Origin: Yuukianura sp. NJ FZ-2021
Lineage: Eukaryota
DNA: 64,000 bases
Reading direction: 5' to 3'
Assembly: GCA_046563655.1 (NCBI GenBank)
Contig: CM102287.1
Location: 310,001-374,000, forward strand
The number at the start of each line of letters is the position of its first letter. The first letter of the stretch is position 1. Below, one piece after another: positions 24,401-36,400 of this stretch. Under the pieces are notes generated by a model. That model was not told where the DNA came from. It saw only the letters and a list, made by a program, of their open reading frames with translations, and made no database searches. The position numbers and the translations under genes were made by a program.

Positions 24401-27012
24401 AGTGGGTTCCTGTAGCCCTTTTTATGAGGATTTCAAAAATGTAGTTGACTGTTACCTAGCATCGTTCCGGAATTCATTTCTTTTGAATTCTCTGTTTTGA
24501 AACATGAATTTTCATAAATAAAAGTAACAAGATGAGGGACGACACAGCAAGTGAAAGTGGGCTCCTGTAGCACTTTTTATGAGGATTTCAAAAATGTATT
24601 TTACTTTTACCTGGCATCGTTTCGGAATGCATTTCTTTTGAATTTTTGTTTGAAACATGAATTTTCATAAATAAAAGTAACAAGATGAGGGACGACACAG
24701 CAAGTGAAAGTGGGCTCCTGTAGCACTTTTTATGAGGATTTCAAAAATGTAATTTACTTTTACCTGGCATCGTTTCGGAATGCATTTCTTTTGAATTTTT
24801 GTTGTGAAACGTGAATTTTCATAAATAAAGGTAACAAGATGAGGGACGACACAGCAAGTGAAAGTGGGCTTCTGTAGCTCTTTTTATGAGGATTTCAAAA
24901 ATGTAGTTGACTTTTACCTAGCATCGTTTCGGAATGCATTTCTTTTGAATTCTTTGTTTTGAAACATGAATTTTCATAAATAAAAGTAACAAGATTAGGG
25001 ACGACACAGCAAGTGAAAGTGGGCTCCTGTAGCACTTTTTATGTGGATTTCAAAGCTGTAGTTGATTTTTACCCAGCATCGTTCCAGAATGCATTTCTTT
25101 TGAATTCTTTGTTTTGAAACAAGAATTTTCCTAAATAAAAGTAACAAGATTAGGGACGACACAGCAAGTGAAAGTGGGCTCCTGTAGCACTTATTATGAG
25201 GATTTCAAAAATGAAATTTACTTTCTGTTTATTCTCACATTAGCATGTTCATTCTCACAAATTTAAGTCGTTTTCGACAAAATGGTGCTCGGCATTGCCC
25301 TGGGTACCGTTTACCAACCCAAGATAAACTCCGAGGCAGAGCGGTTCATCCAGACTTTTAAGTACGCTCTAACCAGATTTAATGGCGATCTATCCACGCC
25401 AATTATCCTTGGGTTCCTGTAGTACTTTTCAGGAGGATTTCAGAAAAGTAACTCATTTTCACCCGGCATCGCTCCGCGTGGAGGTTTTTCGAAATATTTG
25501 TTTGGAAACAAATTTTCATAAAGAAAAGTAACGAGATGAGGGACGACACAGCAAGTGAAAGTGGGTTCCTGTAGCCCTTTTTATGAGGATTTCAAAAATG
25601 TAGTTGACTGTTACCTAGCATCGTTCCGGAATTCATTTCTTTTGAATTCTCTGTTTTGAAACATGAATTTTCATAAATAAAAGTAACAAGATGAGGGACG
25701 ACACAGCAAGTGAAAGTGGGCTCCTGTAGCACTTTTTATGAGGATTTCAAAAATGTAATTTACTTTTACCTGGCATCGTTTCGGAATGCATTTCTTTTGA
25801 ATTCTTTGTTTTGAAACATGAATTTTCCTAAATAAAAGTAACAAGATTAGGGACGACACAGCAAGTGAAAATGGGCTCCTGTAGCACATATTATGAGGAT
25901 TTCAAAAATGAAATTTACTTTCTGTTCATTCTCACATTAGCATGTTTATTCTCAGAAATTTAAGTCGTTTTCGACAAAATGGTGCTCGGCATTGCCCTGG
26001 GTACCGTTTACCAACCCAAGATAAACTCCGAGGCAGAGCGGTTCATCCAGACCCTTAAGTACGCTCTAACCAGATTTAATGGTGATCTATCCACGCCAAT
26101 TATCCTTGGGTTCCTGTAGTACTTTTCAGGAGGATTTCAGAAAAGTAACTCGTTTTCACCCGGCATCGCTCCGCGTGGAGGTTTTTCGAAATATTTGTTT
26201 GGAAACAAATTTTCATAAAGAAAAGTAACGAGATGAGGGACGACACAGCAAGTGAAAGTGGGTTCCTGTAGCCCTTTTTATGAGGATTTCAAAAATGTAG
26301 TTGACTGTTACCTAGCATCGTTCCGGAATGCATTTCTTTTGAATTCTCTGTTTTGAAACATGAATTTTCATAAATAAAAGTAACAAGATGAGGGACGACA
26401 CAGCAAGTGAAAGTGGGCTCCTGTAGCACTTTTTATGAGGATTTCAAAAATGTAATTTACTTTTACCTGGCATCGTTTCGGAATGCATTTCTTTTGAATT
26501 CTTTGTTTTGAAACATGAATTTTCATAAATAAAAGTAACAAGATGAGGGACGACACAGCAAGTGAAAGTGGGCTCCTGTAGCACTTTTTATGAGGATTTC
26601 AAAAATGTAATTTACTTTTACCTGGCATCGTTTCGGAATGCATTTCTTTTGAATTTTTGTTGTGAAACGTGAATTTTCATAAATAAAGGTAACAAGATGA
26701 GGGACGACACAGCAAGTGAAAGTGGGCTTCTGTAGCTCTTTTTATGAGGATTTCAAAAATGTAGTTGACTTTTACCTAGCATCGTTTCGGAATGCATTTC
26801 TTTTGAATTCTTTGTTTTGAAACATGAATTTTCATAAATAAAAGTAACAAGATTAGGGACGACACAGCAAGTGAAAGTGGGCTCCTGTAGCACTTTTTAT
26901 GTGGATTTCAAAGCTGTAGTTGATTTTTACCCAGCATCGTTCCAGAATGCATTTCTTTTGAATTCTTTGTTTTGAAACAAGAATTTCCCTAAATAAAAGT
27001 AACAAGATTAGG

Positions 27013-30000
27013 GACGACACAGCAAGTGAAAGTGGGCTCCTGTAGCACTTATTATGAGGATTTCAAAAATGAAATTTACTTTCTGTTTATTCTCACATTA
27101 GCATGTTCATTCTCACAAATTTAAGTCGTTTTCGACAAAATGGTGCTCGGCATTGCCCTGGGTACCGTTTACCAACCCAAGATAAACTCCGAGGCAGAGC
27201 GGTTCATCCAGACTTTTAAGTACGCTCTAACCAGATTTAATGGCGATCTATCCACGCCAATTATCCTTGGGTTCCTGTAGTACTTTTCAGGAGGATTTCA
27301 GAAAAGTAACTCATTTTCACCCGGCATCGCTCCGCGTGGAGGTTTTTCGAAATATTTGTTTGGAAACAAATTTTCATAAAGAAAAGTAACGAGATGAGGG
27401 ACGACACAGCAAGTGAAAGTGGGTTCCTGTAGCCCTTTTTATGAGGATTTCAAAAATGTAGTTGACTGTTACCTAGCATCGTTCCGGAATTCATTTCTTT
27501 TGAATTCTCTGTTTTGAAACATGAATTTTCATAAATAAAAGTAACAAGATGAGGGACGACACAGCAAGTGAAAGTGGGCTCCTGTAGCACTTTTTATGAG
27601 GATTTCAAAAATGTAATTTACTTTTACCTGGCATCGTTTCGGAATGCATTTCTTTTGAATTCTTTGTTTTGAAACATGAATTTTCCTAAATAAAAGTAAC
27701 AAGATTAGGGACGACACAGCAAGTGAAAATGGGCTCCTGTAGCACATATTATGAGGATTTCAAAAATGAAATTTACTTTCTGTTCATTCTCACATTAGCA
27801 TGTTTATTCTCAGAAATTTAAGTCGTTTTCGACAAAATGGTGCTCGGCATTGCCCTGGGTACCGTTTACCAACCCAAGATAAACTCCGAGGCAGAGCGGT
27901 TCATCCAGACCCTTAAGTACGCTCTAACCAGATTTAATGGTGATCTATCCACGCCAATTATCCTTGGGTTCCTGTAGTACTTTTCAGGAGGATTTCAGAA
28001 AAGTAACTCGTTTTCACCCGGCATCGCTCCGCGTGGAGGTTTTTCGAAATATTTGTTTGGAAACAAATTTTCATAAAGAAAAGTAACGAGATGAGGGACG
28101 ACACAGCAAGTGAAAGTGGGTTCCTGTAGCCCTTTTTATGAGGATTTCAAAAATGTAGTTGACTGTTACCTAGCATCGTTCCGGAATGCATTTCTTTTGA
28201 ATTCTCTGTTTTGAAACATGAATTTTCATAAATAAAAGTAACAAGATGAGGGACGACACAGCAAGTGAAAGTGGGCTCCTGTAGCACTTTTTATGAGGAT
28301 TTCAAAAATGTAATTTACTTTTACCTGGCATCGTTTCGGAATGCATTTCTTTTGAATTTTTGTTGTGAAACATGAATTTTCATAAATAAAGGTAACAAGA
28401 TGAGGGACGACACAGCAAGTGAAAGTGGGCTTCTGTAGCTCTTTTTATGAGGATTTCAAAAATGTAGTTGACTTTTACCTAGCATCGTTTCGGATTGCAT
28501 TTCTTTTGAATTCTTTGTTTTGAAACATGAATTTTCATAAATAAAAGTAACAAGATTAGAGACGACACAGCAAGTGAAAGTGGGCTCCTGTAGCACTTTT
28601 TATGTGGATTTCAAAGCTGTAGTTGATTTTTACCCAGCATCGTTCCGGAACGCATTTCTTTTGAATTCTTTGTTTTGAAACAAGAATTTTCCTAAATAAA
28701 AGTAACAAGATTAGGGACGACACAGCAAGTGAAAGTGGGCTCCTGTAGCACTTATTATGAGGATTTCAAAAATGAAATTTACTTTCTGTTTATTCTCACA
28801 TTAGCATGTTCATTCTCACAAATTTAAGTCGTTTTCGACAAAATGGTGCTCGGCATTGCACTGGGTACCGTTTACCAACCCAAGATAAACTCCGAGGCAG
28901 AGCGGTTCATCCAGACTTTTAAGTACGCTCTAACCAGATTTAATGGCGATCTATCCACGCCAATTATCCTTGGGTTCCTGTAGTACTTTTCAGGAGGATT
29001 TCAGAAAAGTAACTCATTTTCACCCGGCATCGCTCCGCGTGGAGGTTTTTCGAAATATTTGTTTGGAAACAAATTTTCATAAAGAAAAGTAACGAGATGA
29101 GGGACGACACAGCAAGTGAAAGTGGGTTCCTGTAGCCCTTTTTATGAGGATTTCAAAAATGTAGTTGACTGTTACCTAGCATCGTTCCGGAATTCATTTC
29201 TTTTGAATTCTCTGTTTTGAAACATGAATTTTCATAAATAAAAGTAACAAGATGAGGGACGACACAGCAAGTGAAAGTGGGCTCCTGTAGCACTTTTTAT
29301 GAGGATTTCAAAAATGTAATTTACTTTTACCTGGCATCGTTTCGGAATGCATTTCTTTTGAATTCTTTGTTTTGAAACATGAATTTTCCTAAATAAAAGT
29401 AACAAGATTAGGGACGACACAGCAAGTGAAAATGGGCTCCTGTAGCACATATTATGAGGATTTCAAAAATGAAATTTACTTTCTGTTCATTCTCACATTA
29501 GCATGTTTATTCTCAGAAATTTAAGTCGTTTTCGACAAAATGGTGCTCGGCATTGCCCTGGGTACCGTTTACCAACCCAAGATAAACTCCGAGGCAGAGC
29601 GGTTCATCCAGACTCTTAAGTACGCTCTAACCAGATTTAATGGTGATCTATCCACGCCAATTATCCTTGGGTTCCTGTAGTACTTTTCAGGAGGATTTCA
29701 GAAAAGTAACTCGTTTTCACCCGGCATCGCTCCGCGTGGAGGTTTTTCGAAATATTTGTTTGGAAACAAATTTTCATAAAGAAAAGTAACGAGATGAGGG
29801 ACGACACAGCAAGTGAAAGTGGGTTCCTGTAGCCCTTTTTATGAGGATTTCAAAAATGTAGTTGACTGTTACCTAGCATCGTTCCGGAATGCATTTCTTT
29901 TGAATTCTCTGTTTTGAAACATGAATTTTCATAAATAAAAGTAACAAGATGAGGGACGACACAGCAAGTGAAAGTGGGCTCCTGTAGCACTTTTTATGAG

Positions 30001-30418
30001 GATTTCAAAAATGTAATTTACTTTTACCTGGCATCGTTTCGGAATGCATTTCTTTTGAATTTTTGTTGTGAAACATGAATTTTCATAAATAAAGGTAACA
30101 AGATGAGGGACGACACAGCAAGTGAAAGTGGGCTTCTGTAGCTCTTTTTATGAGGATTTCAAAAATGTAGTTGACTTTTACCTAGCATCGTTTCGGATTG
30201 CATTTCTTTTGAATTCTTTGTTTTGAAACATGAATTTTCATAAATAAAAGTAACAAGATTAGAGACGACACAGCAAGTGAAAGTGGGCTCCTGTAGCACT
30301 TTTTATGTGGATTTCAAAGCTGTAGTTGATTTTTACCCAGCATCGTTCCGGAACGCATTTCTTTTGAATTCTTTGTTTTGAAACAAGAATTTTCCTAAAT
30401 AAAAGTAACAAGATTAGG
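27013..30418 (+). repeat. Two tandem copies of the dominant 1703 bp higher-order repeat (LA + 2 monomers + LB + 4 monomers)
   Basis: LA anchors at 27013, 28716 and 30419; 697 + 1006 = 1703; identical ORF-track hits at 27529 and 29232. Confidence 0.93.
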
Positions 30419-33400
30419 GACGACACAGCAAGTGAAAGTGGGCTTCTGTAGCACTTATTATGAGGATTTCAAAAATGAAATTTACTTTCTGTTTATTCTC
30501 ACATTAGCATGTTCATTCTCACAAATTTAAGTCGTTTTCGACAAAATGGTGCTCGGCATTGCACTGGGTACCGTTTACCAACCCAAGATAAACTCCGAGG
30601 CAGAGCGGTTCATCCAGACTTTTAAGTACGCTCTAACCAGATTTAATGGCGATCTATCCACGCCAATTATCCTTGGGTTCCTGTAGTACTTTTCAGGAGG
30701 ATTTCAGAAAAGTAACTCATTTTCACCCGGCATCGCTCCGCGTGGAGGTTTTTCGAAATATTTGTTTGGAAACAAATTTTCATAAAGAAAAGTAACGAGA
30801 TTAGGGACGACACAGCAAGTGAAAGTGGGTTCCTGTAGCCCTTTTTATGAGGATTTCAAAAATGTAGTTGACTGTTACCTAGCATCGTTCCGGAATGCAT
30901 TTCTTTTGAATTCTCTGTTTTGAAACATGAATTTTCATAAATAAAAGTAACAAGATGAGGGACGACACAGCAAGTGAAAGTGGGCTCCTGTAGCACTTTT
31001 TATGAGGATTTCAAAAATGTAATTTACTTTTACCTGGCATCGTTTCGGAATGCATTTCTTTTGAATTTTTGTTGTGAAACATGAATTTTCATAAATAAAG
31101 GTAACAAGATGAGGGACGACACAGCAAGTGAAAGTGGGCTTCTGTAGCTCTTTTTATGAGGATTTCAAAAATGTAGTTGACTTTTACCTAGCATCGTTTC
31201 GGATTGCATTTCTTTTGAATTCTTTGTTTTGAAACATGAATTTTCATAAATAAAAGTAACAAGATTAGAGACGACACAGCAAGTGAAAGTGGGCTCTTGT
31301 AGCACTTTTTATGTGGATTTCAAAGCTGTAGTTGATTTTTACCCAGCATCGTTCCGGAACGCATTTCTTTTGAATTCTTTGTTTTGAAACAAGAATTTTC
31401 CTAAATAAAAGTAACAAGATTAGGGACGACACAGCAAGTGAAAGTGGGCTTCTGTAGCACTTATTATGAGGATTTCAAAAATGAAATTTACTTTCTGTTT
31501 ATTCTCACATTAGCATGTTCATTCTCACAAATTTAAGTCGTTTTCGACAAAATGGTGCTCGGCATTGCACTGGGTACCGTTTACCAACCCAAGATAAACT
31601 CCGAGGCAGAGCGGTTCATCCAGACTTTTAAGTACGCTCTAACCAGATTTAATGGCGATCTATCCACGCCAATTATCCTTGGGTTCCTGTAGTACTTTTC
31701 AGGAGGATTTCAGAAAAGTAACTCATTTTCACCCGGCATCGCTCCGCGTGGAGGTTTTTCGAAATATTTGTTTGGAAACAAATTTTCATAAAGAAAAGTA
31801 ACGAGATTAGGGACGACACAGCAAGTGAAAGTGGGTTCCTGTAGCCCTTTTTATGAGGATTTCAAAAATGTAGTTGACTGTTACCTAGCATCGTTCCGGA
31901 ATGCATTTCTTTTGAATTCTCTGTTTTGAAACATGAATTTTCATAAATAAAAGTAACAAGATGAGGGACGACACAGCAAGTGAAAGTGGGCTCCTGTAGC
32001 ACTTTTTATGAGGATTTCAAAAATGTAATTTACTTTTACCTGGCATCGTTTCGGAATGCATTTCTTTTGAATTTTTGTTGTGAAACATGAATTTTCATAA
32101 ATAAAGGTAACAAGATGAGGGACGACACAGCAAGTGAAAGTGGGCTTCTGTAGCTCTTTTTATTAGGATTTCAAAAATGTAGTTGACTTTTACCTAGCAT
32201 CGTTTCGGAATGCATTTCTTTTGAATTCTTTGTTTTGAAACATGAATTTTCATAAATAAAAGTAACAAGATTAGGGACGACACAGCAAGTGAAAGTGGGC
32301 TCCTGTAGCACTTTTTATGTGGATTTCAAAGCTGTAGTTGATTTTTACCCAGCATCGTTCCGGAATGCATTTCTTTTGAATTCTTTGTTTTGAAACAAGA
32401 ATTTTCCTAAATAAAAGTAACAAGATTAGGGACGACACAGCAAGTGAAAGTGGGCTCCTGTAGCACTTATTATGAGGATTTCAAAAATGAAATTTACTTT
32501 CTGTTTATTCTCACATTAGCATGTTCATTCTCACAAATTTAAGTCGTTTTCGACAAAATGGTGCTCGGCATTGCCCTGGGTACCGTTTACCAACCCAAGA
32601 TAAACTCCGAGGCAGAGCGGTTCATCCAGACTTTTAAGTACGCTCTAACCAGATTTAATGGCGATCTATCCACGCCAATTATCCTTGGGTTCCTGTAGTA
32701 CTTTTCAGGAGGATTTCAGAAAAGTAACTCATTTTCACCCGGCATCGCTCCGCGTGGAGGTTTTTCGAAATATTTGTTTGGAAACAAATTTTCATAAAGA
32801 AAAGTAACGAGATGAGGGACGACACAGCAAGTGAAAGTGGGTTCCTGTAGCCCTTTTTATGAGGATTTCAAAAATGTAGTTGACTGTTACCTAGCATCGT
32901 TCCGGAATTCATTTCTTTTGAATTCTCTGTTTTGAAACATGAATTTTCATAAATAAAAGTAACAAGATGAGGGACGACACAGCAAGTGAAAGTGGGCTCC
33001 TGTAGCACTTTTTATGAGGATTTCAAAAATGTAATTTACTTTTACCTGGCATCGTTTCGGAATGCATTTCTTTTGAATTCTTTGTTTTGAAACATGAATT
33101 TTCCTAAATAAAAGTAACAAGATTAGGGACGACACAGCAAGTGAAAATGGGCTCCTGTAGCACATATTATGAGGATTTCAAAAATGAAATTTACTTTCTG
33201 TTCATTCTCACATTAGCATGTTTATTCTCAGAAATTTAAGTCGTTTTCGACAAAATGGTGCTCGGCATTGCCCTGGGTACCGTTTACCAACCCAAGATAA
33301 ACTCCGAGGCAGAGCGGTTCATCCAGACCCTTAAGTACGCTCTAACCAGATTTAATGGTGATCTATCCACGCCAATTATCCTTGGGTTCCTGTAGTACTT

Positions 33401-36400
33401 TTCAGGAGGATTTCAGAAAAGTAACTCGTTTTCACCCGGCATCGCTCCGCGTGGAGGTTTTTCGAAATATTTGTTTGGAAACAAATTTTCATAAAGAAAA
33501 GTAACGAGATGAGGGACGACACAGCAAGTGAAAGTGGGTTCCTGTAGCCCTTTTTATGAGGATTTCAAAAATGTAGTTGACTGTTACCTAGCATCGTTCC
33601 GGAATGCATTTCTTTTGAATTCTCTGTTTTGAAACATGAATTTTCATAAATAAAAGTAACAAGATGAGGGACGACACAGCAAGTGAAAGTGGGCTCCTGT
33701 AGCACTTTTTATGAGGATTTCAAAAATGTAATTTACTTTTACCTGGCATCGTTTCGGAATGCATTTCTTTTGAATTTTTGTTGTGAAACATGAATTTTCA
33801 TAAATAAAGGTAACAAGATGAGGGACGACACAGCAAGTGAAAGTGGGCTTCTGTAGCTCTTTTTATGAGGATTTCAAAAATGTAGTTGACTTTTACCTAG
33901 CATCGTTTCGGATTGCATTTCTTTTGAATTCTTTGTTTTGAAACATGAATTTTCATAAATAAAAGTAACAAGATTAGAGACGACACAGCAAGTGAAAGTG
34001 GGCTCCTGTAGCACTTTTTATGTGGATTTCAAAGCTGTAGTTGATTTTTACCCAGCATCGTTCCGGAACGCATTTCTTTTGAATTCTTTGTTTTGAAACA
34101 AGAATTTTCCTAAATAAAAGTAACAAGATTAGGGACGACACAGCAAGTGAAAGTGGGCTCCTGTAGCACTTATTATGAGGATTTCAAAAATGAAATTTAC
34201 TTTCTGTTTATTCTCACATTAGCATGTTCATTCTCACAAATTTAAGTCGTTTTCGACAAAATGGTGCTCGGCATTGCACTGGGTACCGTTTACCAACCCA
34301 AGATAAACTCCGAGGCAGAGCGGTTCATCCAGACTTTTAAGTACGCTCTAACCAGATTTAATGGCGATCTATCCACGCCAATTATCCTTGGGTTCCTGTA
34401 GTACTTTTCAGGAGGATTTCAGAAAAGTAACTCATTTTCACCCGGCATCGCTCCGCGTGGAGGTTTTTCGAAATATTTGTTTGGAAACAAATTTTCATAA
34501 AGAAAAGTAACGAGATGAGGGACGACACAGCAAGTGAAAGTGGGTTCCTGTAGCCCTTTTTATGAGGATTTCAAAAATGTAGTTGACTGTTACCTAGCAT
34601 CGTTCCGGAATTCATTTCTTTTGAATTCTCTGTTTTGAAACATGAATTTTCATAAATAAAAGTAACAAGATGAGGGACGACACAGCAAGTGAAAGTGGGC
34701 TCCTGTAGCACTTTTTATGAGGATTTCAAAAATGTAATTTACTTTTACCTGGCATCGTTTCGGAATGCATTTCTTTTGAATTCTTTGTTTTGAAACATGA
34801 ATTTTCCTAAATAAAAGTAACAAGATTAGGGACGACACAGCAAGTGAAAATGGGCTCCTGTAGCACATATTATGAGGATTTCAAAAATGAAATTTACTTT
34901 CTGTTCATTCTCACATTAGCATGTTTATTCTCAGAAATTTAAGTCGTTTTCGACAAAATGGTGCTCGGCATTGCCCTGGGTACCGTTTACCAACCCAAGA
35001 TAAACTCCGAGGCAGAGCGGTTCATCCAGACTCTTAAGTACGCTCTAACCAGATTCAATGGTGATCTATCCACGCCAATTATCCTTGGGTTCCTGTAGTA
35101 CTTTTCAGGAGGATTTCAGAAAAGTAACTCGTTTTCACCCGGCATCGCTCCGCGTGGAGGTTTTTCGAAATATTTGTTTGGAAACAAATTTTCATAAAGA
35201 AAAGTAACGAGATGAGGGACGACACAGCAAGTGAAAGTGGGTTCCTGTAGCCCTTTTTATGAGGATTTCAAAAATGTAGTTGACTGTTACCTAGCATCGT
35301 TCCGGAATGCATTTCTTTTGAATTCTCTGTTTTGAAACATGAATTTTCATAAATAAAAGTAACAAGATGAGGGACGACACAGCAAGTGAAAGTGGGCTCC
35401 TGTAGCACTTTTTATGAGGATTTCAAAAATGTAATTTACTTTTACCTGGCATCGTTTCGGAATGCATTTCTTTTGAATTTTTGTTGTGAAACATGAATTT
35501 TCATAAATAAAGGTAACAAGATGAGGGACGACACAGCAAGTGAAAGTGGGCTTCTGTAGCTCTTTTTATGAGGATTTCAAAAATGTAGTTGACTTTTACC
35601 TAGCATCGTTTCGGATTGCATTTCTTTTGAATTCTTTGTTTTGAAACATGAATTTTCATAAATAAAAGTAACAAGATTAGAGACGACACAGCAAGTGAAA
35701 GTGGGCTCCTGTAGCACTTTTTATGTGGATTTCAAAGCTGTAGTTGATTTTTACCCAGCATCGTTCCGGAACGCATTTCTTTTGAATTCTTTGTTTTGAA
35801 ACAAGAATTTTCCTAAATAAAAGTAACAAGATTAGGGACGACACAGCAAGTGAAAGTGGGCTTCTGTAGCACTTATTATGAGGATTTCAAAAATGAAATT
35901 TACTTTCTGTTTATTCTCACATTAGCATGTTCATTCTCACAAATTTAAGTCGTTTTCGACAAAATGGTGCTCGGCATTGCACTGGGTACCGTTTACCAAC
36001 CCAAGATAAACTCCGAGGCAGAGCGGTTCATCCAGACTTTTAAGTACGCTCTAACCAGATTTAATGGCGATCTATCCACGCCAATTATCCTTGGGTTCCT
36101 GTAGTACTTTTCAGGAGGATTTCAGAAAAGTAACTCATTTTCACCCGGCATCGCTCCGCGTGGAGGTTTTTCGAAATATTTGTTTGGAAACAAATTTTCA
36201 TAAAGAAAAGTAACGAGATTAGGGACGACACAGCAAGTGAAAGTGGGTTCCTGTAGCCCTTTTTATGAGGATTTCAAAAATGTAGTTGACTGTTACCTAG
36301 CATCGTTCCGGAATGCATTTCTTTTGAATTCTCTGTTTTGAAACATGAATTTTCATAAATAAAAGTAACAAGATGAGGGACGACACAGCAAGTGAAAGTG

